Positions 1 through 9,568 of a stretch of 64,000 bases of DNA are shown piece after piece. How positions within the stretch are numbered: position 1 is the first letter of the stretch; each line of letters opens with the position of its first letter. The notes below the pieces were generated by a model. The model searched no databases. It saw only the letters and a list, made by a program, of their open reading frames with translations, and was not told where the DNA came from. The position numbers and the translations under genes are program-made. The stretch is from Chloroflexota bacterium (GTDB lineage Bacteria; Chloroflexota; UBA11872), in contig JAJDUU010000021.1 of NCBI GenBank assembly GCA_022826485.1, positions 65,558 through 129,557 of the forward strand, read 5' to 3'.

Positions 1-17
1 GAGTCAGGGTGTCCTCG

Positions 18-1172
18 ATGAGCTATCCGCGAGCCTTTGCCAAGGGTGAATTCGAGCGCCGCGCCGCCGCCGTAACGTCGCGCATGCGCGATGCGGGGTT
101 GGACGCGCTGATCGCGTACTCGGTGCGCAACAGCCAGGGCCCGGTGGCCTATCTCGGTGGCTATGAGCCCGATCTCGGCCTCCACGACGTGTCTTATTTC
201 CTATTGATCCCCGGGGGATCGCCCGAGGCCGTTCTGGTGACCAACGGGTTCTGGGACGATCCCGCCTCGCGCACCTGGGTGGACGACGTGGTGATTTCCT
301 ACAAGTTCGAGCGGAGCCTGCCGGAGCTGCTGCCGAGCACGGCATTGCGGATCGGGGTTGCGGGCTTCGACTACCTGCCCGCTCCGGTCTACCTGGGCCT
401 AAAGGCGGCTCAGCCAGGACGCGAGATCGTGGATGCGACGCGCCTGGTAAAGGAAGTGGCGCAGATCAAGAGTCCGGCCGAGATCGAGGTCATTCGCACC
501 TGCATGTCGATCAACGATTGCGGCGGACGGGCATTCCTGGCGAACGTCCACGAGGGCGCAAACGAGCGGCTGCTGCAAGTCGCCGTCGAACAGGCGCTCA
601 TGCAGGCGGGAGCAGACGGCCTCTACTACAACCCCCAGATCTACAGCGGGCCGAGCGTGGATCACGGCATGGGCATGCGCACGGACCGCGTGCTTCGGGC
701 CGGCGACCAGGTGCAGGTGGACTGCGGGGCGATGTATCGCGGCTATCGCGGGGACCTCTCGCGGGTGACTACCGTCGGCCGCGCGGCGCCGGAGGTCAGG
801 CACATCATGGAGACCACGGCCCTGATGTACGAAGCCATGGTGGACGCCCTGCGCCCAAGTACGGCCGCGGCGGACGTGGCCCGCGCCGGGATTCGCGTGG
901 CCGAAGCGCATGGGCTCGGCGACTGCCTGTACCGCCCAACTTCGGACCATCCTGCGGGAATGTTGGGCCACGGCATCGGCTGCTGGGTCCACGAATTGCC
1001 GGACATCCAGCTCGATTCGACCGACGTGATCCAGCCCGGCATGGTGGTGGTGTTCGAGACCATCCTGGGGCGGCCGGGAACCGGCGGGGCGAAGATCGAA
1101 GACGCCGTGCTGGTCACCGAGGGCACACCCGAACGCTTGTCGAGCTTGCCGGTGCGCACGTGGCCGCTATGA
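18..1172 (+). CDS. M24-family metallopeptidase (Xaa-Pro aminopeptidase / creatinase-like)
   Basis: ORF 9..1172 translation has the creatinase/prolidase N-domain plus C-terminal 'pita-bread' fold motifs (…HGMGM…, …GHGIGCWVHE…, …GMVVVFE…). GTG at 9 or ATG at 18 are possible starts. Confidence 0.7.
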   Translation: MSYPRAFAKGEFERRAAAVTSRMRDAGLDALIAYSVRNSQGPVAYLGGYEPDLGLHDVSYFLLIPGGSPEAVLVTNGFWDDPASRTWVDDVVISYKFERSLPELLPSTALRIGVAGFDYLPAPVYLGLKAAQPGREIVDATRLVKEVAQIKSPAEIEVIRTCMSINDCGGRAFLANVHEGANERLLQVAVEQALMQAGADGLYYNPQIYSGPSVDHGMGMRTDRVLRAGDQVQVDCGAMYRGYRGDLSRVTTVGRAAPEVRHIMETTALMYEAMVDALRPSTAAADVARAGIRVAEAHGLGDCLYRPTSDHPAGMLGHGIGCWVHELPDIQLDSTDVIQPGMVVVFETILGRPGTGGAKIEDAVLVTEGTPERLSSLPVRTWPL

Positions 1173-1224
1173 GCGCGGTGGTAGCGTACGCGTCGGCCCA
1201 CCCGTGCCGTTTGAAGGTCTCCGC

Positions 1225-2877
1225 ATGAAAACCACCGTCGCGATCGCCCACATCCTGCAGGCCGAGGGCATCGAGTTCCTCAGCGCCTACCCAACCACGC
1301 CCGTGATCGAAGCGGTGTCGGAGGTCGGCATTCGTCCGATCATCTGCCGGCAGGAGCGGGTGGGCGTGGACATCGCCGACGGCTTCTCGCGCGTCAGCAA
1401 CGGCAAACCGCCCGGCGTCTTCGCGATGCAGTACGGACCGGGCGCTGAGAATGCGTTTTCCGGAATCGCCACGGCATTCACCGACGCGGCGCCGCTGCTG
1501 GTGCTGCCGCTGGGACAGCCAGGCGATCGCGACGGCGTGGCTCCGTTGTTCAGTTCCGTCCGCGCCTATGCCCCGATCACCACGTCCATCCAGCGTTTGA
1601 GCGCACCGGAGGACGTCGCAGATCGGATGCGGCGGGCGTTCGCCGCGCTGCGCATGGGACCCGGCGGACCCGTCATGGTGGAGATTCCGGCCGACGTGGC
1701 CGAGGCCGAGGTCGACGATGCCATTCCGGCAAGCTATCGACCGGTGCGTCCCGTGGTGGCGGCCCCGAACCCGGATGACGTCCAGCGCGCGGCGCGGGCC
1801 CTGCTCGACGCGCGGCATCCGGTGCTGCTCGCCGGTCAAGGCGTGCTTTACGCGGGCGCCGGTGACGAGCTGATGGCGTTGGCGGAGCTGCTCGGCGTTC
1901 CGGTGGCGACGACCATGGCCGGCAAGAGCGCGTTTCCGGAAAAGCACCCGTTGGCCCTGGGCAGCGTGTCCGGCGTGATGAACGAGGCCGCGCGGCATTT
2001 CGTGCAGCAGGCGGACCTTGTGTGCGGCATCGGCACCAGCTTCACCAAGCACATCATGAGCATGCCGATTCCGTCCGGAGTAACGGTCGTTCAACTGACC
2101 AACAACCCGCGCGATATTGCCAAGGACTACGACGTCGACGTGGCGGCAGTTGGCGACGCCAGCCTGGCGCTGCGACAGATTGCCGCGGCGTGTCGCGAGC
2201 TCATGGGCGGCAACCCGAGTGCGCGCGATGGAGCGACCGCCGCCGAGATCGAGCGGCTGCAGCGCGCCTGGCTGGGCGATTGGATGCCAAAGCTGACCTC
2301 GGAGACCAAGCCGATCAATCCCTACCGGGTCATCTGGGAGTTCATGCAGCGGGTCGACCCGAACGAGGCCATCGTGACGCATGATTCGGGCAGCCCCCGC
2401 GATCAGATCATGCCGTTCTATCAGGCCGGCGGTCCGCGCACGTATCTCGGCTGGGGCAAGTCCCACGGGCTGGGCACGGGCCTGGGCCTGAGCATTGGCG
2501 CGAAGCTCGCGGCGCCCGACAAGTTCGTCGTCAACTACATGGGGGACGCGGCATTCGGGATGACCGGTCTCGACATCGAGACGGCCGTGCGCTGCAAGAT
2601 TCCCATTCTGACCATCGTGCTCAACAACTCATCCATGGCCATCGAGGCGCGTCACCTCCCGCTCTCGCACGCCAAATACCGCACACGAGACATCGGCGGC
2701 GACTACGCGGACATGGCGGCGGCCATGGGCGCGTGGGCGGAGCGCGTGCACGAGCCCGACGACGTGGGCCCGGCCCTGGAACGGGCCAGACGCGCCACGG
2801 AGGACGGCCGCACGGCGCTGCTGGAGTTCATCACGAGCGAGGAAATCACGTTTTCGAACAAGAACGTGATTAGCTGA
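1225..2877 (+). CDS. Thiamine-pyrophosphate-dependent enzyme (acetolactate synthase large-subunit / sulfoacetaldehyde acetyltransferase-like)
   Basis: 551 aa. N-terminal TPP-pyrimidine-binding region (…FLSAYPTTPVIEAV…GVDIADGFSRV…), a central domain, and a C-terminal TPP-binding region (…GLGTGLGLSIGAKLA…NYMGDAAFGMTG…). ATG at 1225 (MKTTVAIAHILQ). Confidence 0.7.
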   Translation: MKTTVAIAHILQAEGIEFLSAYPTTPVIEAVSEVGIRPIICRQERVGVDIADGFSRVSNGKPPGVFAMQYGPGAENAFSGIATAFTDAAPLLVLPLGQPGDRDGVAPLFSSVRAYAPITTSIQRLSAPEDVADRMRRAFAALRMGPGGPVMVEIPADVAEAEVDDAIPASYRPVRPVVAAPNPDDVQRAARALLDARHPVLLAGQGVLYAGAGDELMALAELLGVPVATTMAGKSAFPEKHPLALGSVSGVMNEAARHFVQQADLVCGIGTSFTKHIMSMPIPSGVTVVQLTNNPRDIAKDYDVDVAAVGDASLALRQIAAACRELMGGNPSARDGATAAEIERLQRAWLGDWMPKLTSETKPINPYRVIWEFMQRVDPNEAIVTHDSGSPRDQIMPFYQAGGPRTYLGWGKSHGLGTGLGLSIGAKLAAPDKFVVNYMGDAAFGMTGLDIETAVRCKIPILTIVLNNSSMAIEARHLPLSHAKYRTRDIGGDYADMAAAMGAWAERVHEPDDVGPALERARRATEDGRTALLEFITSEEITFSNKNVIS

Positions 2878-2938
2878 GCGGCGCATGGCATGCCGGTCGT
2901 TACCGTGGCACCCCCAACGTCACTCCGAAACGAATTGC

Positions 2939-2981
2939 GGAATCTAAGGACGCTGTGCCTTCTCGCTGCTCCTTAGATTCC
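2939..2981. terminator. Candidate bidirectional terminator / structured element: perfect 12-bp stem (ggaatctaagga … tccttagattcc) with a 19-nt loop
   Basis: Perfect inverted repeat read directly at 2939-2950 and 2970-2981. It is locally AT-rich and sits between the convergent TPP-enzyme gene (ends 2877) and the nitrilase-family gene (ends 3044). The loop is long for an intrinsic terminator. Confidence 0.35.
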
Positions 2982-3043
2982 TCGCGTTGCTCGGAATGAC
3001 AAATCAAACTGACAAGTGTCGCGTCAACCCGGGAGTTGACTAG

Positions 3044-3856
3044 CTAGCCACGCGCTTCGATGTCGACGACGAGCAACGACTCCTCGTTTCCGGCGTTCGC
3101 CGCAAGCAATTGGCCGCCCGGGGCGAAGACCGCGGCCCTGCCGGTGACGCGGTGGGGCCACTCGGGGCGCTCGTCGAAATCGCCGCGCGGGTCCTTGGCG
3201 TCGAGGTAGAGCGCGAACACGCCGAGCCGCTGAGCCAGGCGTTCGGCGCGGCGCTTGAGCGTGTCGCGCTGGTTGAAGTCCAGGATTTCCTCCCATGAGG
3301 CTCCGGCGTCCTGGAAATCCTTGATGCAGTCGAAGTGGGGCTCGATGATGACGCGAGCGCCGAGTCCCACCAGCGTGTCGTGGATGGCCCGCGACTCGTT
3401 GTCGGCGCAGATGGTGACGCCGATCGAGTGATCCCGCAGCTGAAACGGCGCCATGTCGTCGCCGCCGCCTCGATAGAAGTCCATCTCGCTGGTGGTCGGT
3501 TGCAGCTTGCGCTGAACGTGCTGCACGCCCTCGCCGTTCACAATCACGTAGGCATTGAACGGCTTCGGCGCGAGCCCTCGCTCGGCGATGCCGGCCCCAA
3601 TGGCAAGGTCCCAGGTCGCGGCGATTCGCGCGAGGCGCTCGGTCGCGGGCCCGGGAATCGGCTCGGATTCGCCTTCAAGGTCCGCCGCGTCGGCATCGGC
3701 GTCGTAGGTGACCCAGGGGCCGTGCACGGAGAACTCGGGGAAGAGCACCAGGTCGCATCCGGCGGCGGCCGCCTGCTCGGCGAACGCCTCGATCTTCGCC
3801 AGATTCGCGTCCTTCCGCCCCCGCAGCGAGCACAGGGTGACCATGCCAATCCGCAT
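3044..3856 (-). CDS. Carbon-nitrogen hydrolase (nitrilase superfamily)
   Basis: Translation MRIGMVTLCSLRGRKDANLAKIEAFAEQAAAAGCDLVLFPEFS… shows the typical CN-hydrolase N-terminus with catalytic Glu (FPEF), Lys and Cys (…VTICADN…). ATG at 3856 is chosen over the upstream in-frame M at 3892. Confidence 0.7.
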   Translation of the reverse strand: MRIGMVTLCSLRGRKDANLAKIEAFAEQAAAAGCDLVLFPEFSVHGPWVTYDADADAADLEGESEPIPGPATERLARIAATWDLAIGAGIAERGLAPKPFNAYVIVNGEGVQHVQRKLQPTTSEMDFYRGGGDDMAPFQLRDHSIGVTICADNESRAIHDTLVGLGARVIIEPHFDCIKDFQDAGASWEEILDFNQRDTLKRRAERLAQRLGVFALYLDAKDPRGDFDERPEWPHRVTGRAAVFAPGGQLLAANAGNEESLLVVDIEARG

Positions 3857-4308
3857 CAAATTCCCGATCGCGGCTCTTCCGAAGTCCACCAAGCCTCACA
3901 CAGGCGGAGGCGCCGCGCGTACCCGGATCGCCGACGAGCGCTTGGCAACCGATCACGCCTGTTCGGGTGACGGGACCTCCGGCCAGGCACATCCCGTCAG
4001 TGGCATGTCGAGGCAAGTCGCCCATGGTTTTCCGCGCAACAGTGGCTATGCTTACAGTCGAATCAGCCGACGTGCGGCGACCCTGAGGCTGGGCGTGCAC
4101 GGCTGGGCCTTGTGCCACCCGCGCGAGCGGTGCTGGAACGGGCGCCGCGGCAGATCATCAGATCTGCCCGGCGGCTTGGAAACGATGAACGGTCCGCGCA
4201 TTGCGGCGCGGACCCGCATCCAGCAGGGTGAGAATCCCGCCGCACGTCACGTCGTGGTTGCCTGACCGGGGCTTACGCCCCGGACCATTCATGGACGGAG
4301 CATGTCCC

Positions 4309-4902
4309 ATGGCCCGCTTGGCGATATTCATCGATGGCGCCTACCTCGAGTCGATCCTCAAGTACGAGTACGGCGGCGTCCGGATCGATCTGACGAAGCT
4401 GGTGGACGAGATCCAGAGCTATATCGAGGAAAACAGCCCGGAGCCCATCGAGGTCCTGCGCACGTACTACTACAACTGCCGCCCGTATCAGAGCGACCCG
4501 CCCACACCGGAAGAGATCGACCGATACTCGAACTCCCGACGATTCGAGGATGCCCTGCGCTATCTGCCGCGCTTCGAGGTGCGGCTGGGATATCTCCGCA
4601 AGAGCGGCATCGACGAGTGGGGCAACCCGGTGTTCGAGCAGAAGCAGGTCGATCTGCTGCTGGGCCTCGACATGGCGCTGCTTGCCAGCAAGCGGCAAGT
4701 GCAGCACGTGGCGCTGGTGGCCGGTGACGGGGATCTCTATCCCGCCGTGCAAGTCCTCAAGAGCGAGGGCGCCATTGCCTGGTTGATCCACGGACCGCGG
4801 CAGGGCAGCGACGGGCGCCCGATGTACTCGTCCAATCTCTTCAAGGCCGCCGACGAGCGGTTCGAGTTGGACGAGGAGATGATCGACCGCCTGCGGATGT
4901 AG
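4309..4902 (+). CDS. NYN-domain protein (LabA-like PIN-fold RNase family)
   Basis: MARLAIFIDGAYLESI…LVAGDGDLYPAVQVL… is the hallmark NYN/LabA N-terminus and the GDGD acidic motif. It is 198 aa from ATG 4309, preceded by a ~450-bp intergenic region. Confidence 0.6.
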   Translation: MARLAIFIDGAYLESILKYEYGGVRIDLTKLVDEIQSYIEENSPEPIEVLRTYYYNCRPYQSDPPTPEEIDRYSNSRRFEDALRYLPRFEVRLGYLRKSGIDEWGNPVFEQKQVDLLLGLDMALLASKRQVQHVALVAGDGDLYPAVQVLKSEGAIAWLIHGPRQGSDGRPMYSSNLFKAADERFELDEEMIDRLRM

Positions 4903-4956
4903 GGGCCTCGCGCCGGGTCGTTCCCTGGACGCGCCCAAACGTCAACGCCACGGCCC

Positions 4957-6102
4957 CTAGGCCCCAGCCACGCGGGCTCGCGCGAGGCCGCGCCGGGCGA
5001 GCACGGTGACCAGCACCAGCGAGCCCGCGAGCGCGGCGACGCCGACCCAGTTCATGCCGCCGGCGCTGAACACCGGGCCGGTCGCGAGACTGCCGGTAGC
5101 CGCGGCAACCGCGGCGAGCGCATCGCCCGCGCCCTGGGTTCGTCCCCGCTCACGCGGCGAGAGGCCGTCGATGAGCAGGGCCGAGCCGGCGACGAAGCAC
5201 ATGTTCCAGCCGTAGCCAACCAGGAACATTGCGAGCAGCATCACGCCCAGGTCCGCCGAGAATGGCGTGAGGACGCTGGCGGCGACCAGTTGCCCCGCGC
5301 CAAGCACGATCACCGGCATGCGTCCGTAGCGGTCCACGAGCCGACCGGTGAGCGCCGCGAGTCCGAACATGCCCACGGTGTGGACCGCCACCGCAATCGC
5401 GATGGTGGTCGGCACGTGGTCGTGGTTGTGCAGGTGCAGCGGCGCAATGGTCATCACCATCACCATGACGAGTTGCCCGACCAGCATGGCGAGCACGGCC
5501 ACCCGGACGTTGACGGCGCGAAAGATTTCGCGCAAGGGGCGGACAGCCGCGTCCGAGCCGCCGCGCGTGACGACATCCAACGGCGACGCGACGGACATGT
5601 CGCGCGGGTCGGGGCGCACGAAGGTCAGAATCAAGCTCACGGCCACGCCAACCAGCACGGCGGCGGCCAGCCAGGGCCCGGCGAGTTCATTGATTCCGGC
5701 CCCCTCGGCCAGGTTCGTGGATACGTAGACGGTCAGCGGGCCGCCGATGGACCCGATGGTGCCGGCGAAGACCATGCGGCCGATGATCCGCCCGCGGCGC
5801 CGCGCCGAATGCACCTCGGCGGCGACGTAGCGCGACTGGTCGCTCGACGCCCGCGACATGCCGAAAACCGCCGCCCCTGCCACCAGTCCGGCGTAGGATT
5901 CGCCCATGATGGCAAGGGCTCCCACCACCGCGCCGACGACGCCCATCAGGTAGCCGAGCGCGAGCGCCGGGCGGCGTCCCGCGGCGTCCATGAGCCAACC
6001 GATCGGATAGGCCGCCAGCGCCCGCCCAAACAGCATGGCGGCGCCCGGTATCCCGGCGTAGGCGGCGTCTCCGGCCAGCGTCGCCGCGGCAATGGTCAAC
6101 AC
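4957..6102 (-). CDS. MFS transporter
   Basis: 381-aa translation with about 12 hydrophobic segments and the MFS loop motif (…GRRPALALGYL… and …DRYGRMPVIVLG…). Confidence 0.7.
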   Translation of the reverse strand: MLTIAAATLAGDAAYAGIPGAAMLFGRALAAYPIGWLMDAAGRRPALALGYLMGVVGAVVGALAIMGESYAGLVAGAAVFGMSRASSDQSRYVAAEVHSARRRGRIIGRMVFAGTIGSIGGPLTVYVSTNLAEGAGINELAGPWLAAAVLVGVAVSLILTFVRPDPRDMSVASPLDVVTRGGSDAAVRPLREIFRAVNVRVAVLAMLVGQLVMVMVMTIAPLHLHNHDHVPTTIAIAVAVHTVGMFGLAALTGRLVDRYGRMPVIVLGAGQLVAASVLTPFSADLGVMLLAMFLVGYGWNMCFVAGSALLIDGLSPRERGRTQGAGDALAAVAAATGSLATGPVFSAGGMNWVGVAALAGSLVLVTVLARRGLARARVAGA

Positions 6103-6296
6103 GGTAAAGCTGGCGCCGCCCGCGGCCGAGAACGAGGCTTGGGCGGCGAAGAGCGCCGCGGTAATGCGCTGTGGGGCGGTCAGCGCCGGAATGATGGACG
6201 TGAGCCTGTCTCCGCGCGTGGGCGTGCGGGCATTCTAGGCGGGAGTGAGACGGGCTATCGTGGTCCCAGACACGGGGCCACAAGGAGCGGGCACTG

Positions 6297-7097
6297 GTGG
6301 GCACATTCGACGGGAAATCAGTGGTGGTGACGGGCGGCGCTCAGGGCATCGGCGGCGGAATCAGCAGCGGCTTCGCGCAGGCCGGGGCGTCGGTCACGGT
6401 AGTGGACATCGACGAAGCGGCTGCCGCAGCGCTGATCGGCAGCCTGGAAGAGGACGGGTGCACGGCGCAGTACGTGATTGCCGACGTGAGCAGCCACGCG
6501 GACGCCAGGCGGGCCATCGCGCAGGCCGTGTCCGCCTTCGGCGGCGTCGATGTCCTGGTGAACAACGCGGGCATTCAGCCGATGGGGTCTTACGTCAAGC
6601 TCGATGCCGAAACCGAGGAGGGCTGGGACCGAATCATCGGGGTCAACCTGAAGGCCTGCTTCCTGATGTCGAAATACGCCATTCCCTCGATGCGCGAGCG
6701 CGGCGGGGGCGTTGTCATCAACATCGCCAGCGTGCAGGGTCTGCAATCGCAACCGATGGTGCCAGCCTACGCGGCATCGAAGGGCGGGATGCTGTCCCTG
6801 ACGCGCAACATGGCGCTGGACTATGCGCCCGAGAACATCCGGGTCGTGGCGATCAACCCGGGCGCGATGGATACGCCCATGCTGCGCACGCAGGCTCGGG
6901 CGGCGGGCGACGAGGACGCCATGGTGGAAACCTGGGGGCGCACGCACCCCATCGGACGCATCGGCCAGCCGGCGGACATTGCCAACGCGGCGATGTTCCT
7001 CGCCAGCGATCAGGCCAGCTTCATCACGGGCGAATACCTGTGCGTCGACGGCGGCTACATGGCCCGAGGCGCCTGGGCGGGGAACAACGAGGAGTAG
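6297..7097 (+). CDS. SDR-family oxidoreductase
   Basis: Rossmann motif TGGAQGIG, NNAG motif, and a YAASK catalytic tetrad segment. GTG start at 6297. Confidence 0.8.
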   Translation: MGTFDGKSVVVTGGAQGIGGGISSGFAQAGASVTVVDIDEAAAAALIGSLEEDGCTAQYVIADVSSHADARRAIAQAVSAFGGVDVLVNNAGIQPMGSYVKLDAETEEGWDRIIGVNLKACFLMSKYAIPSMRERGGGVVINIASVQGLQSQPMVPAYAASKGGMLSLTRNMALDYAPENIRVVAINPGAMDTPMLRTQARAAGDEDAMVETWGRTHPIGRIGQPADIANAAMFLASDQASFITGEYLCVDGGYMARGAWAGNNEE

Positions 7098-7194
7098 TCG
7101 AGGCCCGTCGAGCCACGGCGGCCGGCGCTCGGTCACCACCCGGTCTGGCGAAGGACTTGCCGAGGAATCCGGAGCTCCTACAAGGGCGGAACTG

Positions 7195-7220
7195 GATTCC
7201 GGCTTTCGCCGGAATGACGG
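7195..7220. repeat. REP-like palindromic element, copy 1 (variant GGATTCCGGCTTTCGCCGGAATGACGG)
   Basis: Same 8-bp-stem hairpin as the other copies, with both arms changed compensatorily (CCCGC/GCGGG -> CCGGC/GCCGG). It lies 21 nt downstream of the CopCD stop. Confidence 0.6.
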
Positions 7221-7240
7221 AAGGGTGGCACCACGGCTTC

Positions 7241-9469
7241 CTACGGCGGCAGCGTCTGCAGGTAGTTGACGAGGTTCCAAATGTCGATCAGGGCCAGCGT
7301 CTCCCCGAAGGCCGGCATGGAGGTGTCGGCGATGCCGTTCTCGATGAAGTTGTAAAGCTCACTGTCGGGGTGCAGCGGCACGTGAATCGTCAGGTCGAGC
7401 GGCGGCGGGTCGAGTCCGGCCGCCAGCGGGCCATCGCCCAGGCCGCCCGGACCGTGACAACTGGCGCAGTGGGCCTCGAAGAGCATGCGTCCGGCGTCGA
7501 TCGACTTCTGCTCGGGCGGCACCGGATTGCTGGCGCCGGCGGCGCCCGGTCCGAACGCGGGGGTCGAGACCAAGAACCCGAGCCCGACGAGTGCAGCGCC
7601 GAAGCCGGTGACCGTCAGCCCGCGCCGCACCCGGTCACCCCAGGCCGTCGGATGCAGTGCGCCGAAGGCCAGGAGCAGCCCCAGCGTGGCCAGGGCGATC
7701 GACCACACGCGACGCACGTCGTCCGCGGCCGGCAGAGGCGCGCCGCCGGCCGCCGCGCCGCCCGGCGTCACCGCGAACCGGAACGGCGCGCGCACATCGA
7801 ACTCGCCGGGACGCCGTACGACGACCAGCGCTTGCCAGCGTCCAATGAGACCGATGAAGTCGCCGGTGACGACATAGCGTCCGTCAGCGTCCGGCTCCGG
7901 GCGCAGGTCGCGCTGACCGATGTCCGAGTCCAGGAACTTGAACTGCAGCTCGAGGTCGGCGTTGGTCACGGGCTGTCCGCGATCCTGCAAGGTCACAGCG
8001 GCCGTGTTGATGCCTGGCGTGCCGGGCTGGATGCTCAGCGCCACGTCCAAGTCGTCGATGCGCGTTGCCACGTTGATGCCCCGCGAATCGCCCAGCGCGA
8101 CCTGGCGCGCCGGTTCGAGGCTCGTGAGCAGGCCGACCACGGCTACGACGGCAACTCCCAGCAGCACCTCGGCGGCTACGAGACGCGGCGCCCAGCGGCC
8201 GGCGCCGGCGGGACGATCCCGGTCAAGCCGGCGCCGCGTCCACAGCAGGTTGACGGCGCCCAGGCCAAGGAGCGGCGCCACCAGCACGAGCTTGGCCAGC
8301 AGCGCCCAGCCGTAATCAGTCTGCGCCAGGCGCGGCAGCTCGACGACCTGAATCCAGGTGGCAAACACACCGGTGATGACCAGGGCGCCAACCGAGATCG
8401 TGGCAATCGTCGAGAATCGCGCCAGCAGCGCTGCGAGCAAGCGGCGGCGCGGCTGACCGTCGTGTGCGCGGCGCGCCTGCACCAGCGACAGCAGCAGCGG
8501 CGCCAGACCGCCGGCCCACACGGCGGCCGTAAGCAGATGCAGCACATCGGCGCTGGTTGCCGCGACGGTGGATTCGAGCAGCGCCGCCGCGTGGCTGCCC
8601 AGCGAAACGGTGACGAGCACACCCGCAGACAGGGCTGCGACCGGCAGCCATGCCCACACTGGACGCGCCTGGCTGCCGGCGAGCATGAGCGCCGGCGCCA
8701 GGGCGGCGAGGACGACGGCTCGAACGATCCACAGCGGGCCCCACTGACCCAGGCCAAGCGCACTTCCGACGGCGCTCACCAGCTCCGCCTCGGCATCGCC
8801 CGCGAGGCCCACCGCTTGAGTCAGCAGCAATCCCACGTGCGCGCCGGCGGCGAGGCCCAAGCCAACCCACGCCAGCTCCACATAGCGCGATCCCGCTTGG
8901 CTGATCCCTACCGCACGTGCGGCCGGCGCGAATATCAGCGGCACGTGCACGGCGGTGCCCAGCACCAACATGGCGCCAATGAGCAGCACGGCTCGCAGCA
9001 CGGGCTCGGCGGGGCTGAGCACCAGCGCGGACGCCGGAGCGCTCGCCACATCAGCGTCGATGGGTTCACCCACGCTGAAGACGTACGAACCGCGGATCAG
9101 GTGCCCGTCGACCACCGACAGGGTGCGCCAGGCGACGACGTAGGTGCCGTCAGCGAGCGGCGGCACTCGCACCAGCATGGCGGATCGGTTCGACGGGTCG
9201 ACCTGGCTCGGCCCGTCGGCCACCGACGCCCCGGAGGCATCCAGGACATCGATGCGGCTGAACCCGGGCTCGAGTCGTTCGGAGAACTCGGCGGCGACGA
9301 CCTGCGGCGGCGTGTCAACCGTTGAGCCCGCGGCCGGGATCGCCCGCACGAGGTTGGCGTGGGCGCCGACCGGCACGAGCGCGAGGCATGCGAGCAGGGC
9401 GGCAAGCGCAGTCGCCAGCGCCCAGCGGCGGGCCGGCGGCCCTGTCAGGCGGTGGAGCGACCGTTGCAT
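7241..9469 (-). CDS. Copper transport fusion protein: CopC - CopD - YtkA-like - cytochrome c (YcnJ-like with C-terminal heme domain)
   Basis: Signal peptide, then the CopC domain beginning at His (…VGA|HANLVRAIPAAGSTV… …AWRTLSVVDGHLIRGSY…). About 8 TM helices follow (CopD). Then a YtkA/Ig-like domain (…GINTAAVTLQDRG…GRYVVTGDFIGLIGRWQALVVVRRPG…), two more hydrophobic helices, and a C-terminal class-I cytochrome c with CASCH (…MLFEAHCASCHGPGGLGDGP… …MPAF…). Confidence 0.75.
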   Translation of the reverse strand: MQRSLHRLTGPPARRWALATALAALLACLALVPVGAHANLVRAIPAAGSTVDTPPQVVAAEFSERLEPGFSRIDVLDASGASVADGPSQVDPSNRSAMLVRVPPLADGTYVVAWRTLSVVDGHLIRGSYVFSVGEPIDADVASAPASALVLSPAEPVLRAVLLIGAMLVLGTAVHVPLIFAPAARAVGISQAGSRYVELAWVGLGLAAGAHVGLLLTQAVGLAGDAEAELVSAVGSALGLGQWGPLWIVRAVVLAALAPALMLAGSQARPVWAWLPVAALSAGVLVTVSLGSHAAALLESTVAATSADVLHLLTAAVWAGGLAPLLLSLVQARRAHDGQPRRRLLAALLARFSTIATISVGALVITGVFATWIQVVELPRLAQTDYGWALLAKLVLVAPLLGLGAVNLLWTRRRLDRDRPAGAGRWAPRLVAAEVLLGVAVVAVVGLLTSLEPARQVALGDSRGINVATRIDDLDVALSIQPGTPGINTAAVTLQDRGQPVTNADLELQFKFLDSDIGQRDLRPEPDADGRYVVTGDFIGLIGRWQALVVVRRPGEFDVRAPFRFAVTPGGAAAGGAPLPAADDVRRVWSIALATLGLLLAFGALHPTAWGDRVRRGLTVTGFGAALVGLGFLVSTPAFGPGAAGASNPVPPEQKSIDAGRMLFEAHCASCHGPGGLGDGPLAAGLDPPPLDLTIHVPLHPDSELYNFIENGIADTSMPAFGETLALIDIWNLVNYLQTLPP

Positions 9470-9536
9470 GACCCAGCCTGGGCAAGTTTGGAACCTGAAC
9501 CTACGCGAACTACGACGCCACTAGGTATTGACCGGA

Positions 9537-9566
9537 CTGGATTCCCGCCTTCGCGGGAATGACGGG
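9537..9566. repeat. REP-like palindromic element, copy 2 (CTGGATTCCCGCCTTCGCGGGAATGACGGG)
   Basis: Inverted repeat ATTCCCGC / GCGGGAAT with a 4-nt loop. It sits between the stop of the 9569..10573 gene and the CopCD start. Confidence 0.6.
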
Positions 9567-9568
9567 AA

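Noticed and set aside
4-345. 113-aa minus-strand ORF at the window start
   Set aside because: Antisense to the M24 peptidase gene. Arg/Pro-rich junk translation.
1114-2466. 450-aa ORF on the minus strand
   Set aside because: Antisense to the well-supported TPP-enzyme gene. The translation is Arg/His/Gly-rich with no recognisable motifs.
6245-9325. 1026-aa ORF on the + strand, plus nested ORFs at 7485.., 7920.., 8176.. and 8316..
   Set aside because: This is an antisense shadow of the CopC-CopD-cyt c gene in GC-rich DNA. The translation is low-complexity and Arg/Gly/Pro-rich with no domain signature. The minus-strand gene has clear CopC, TM and CASCH features.
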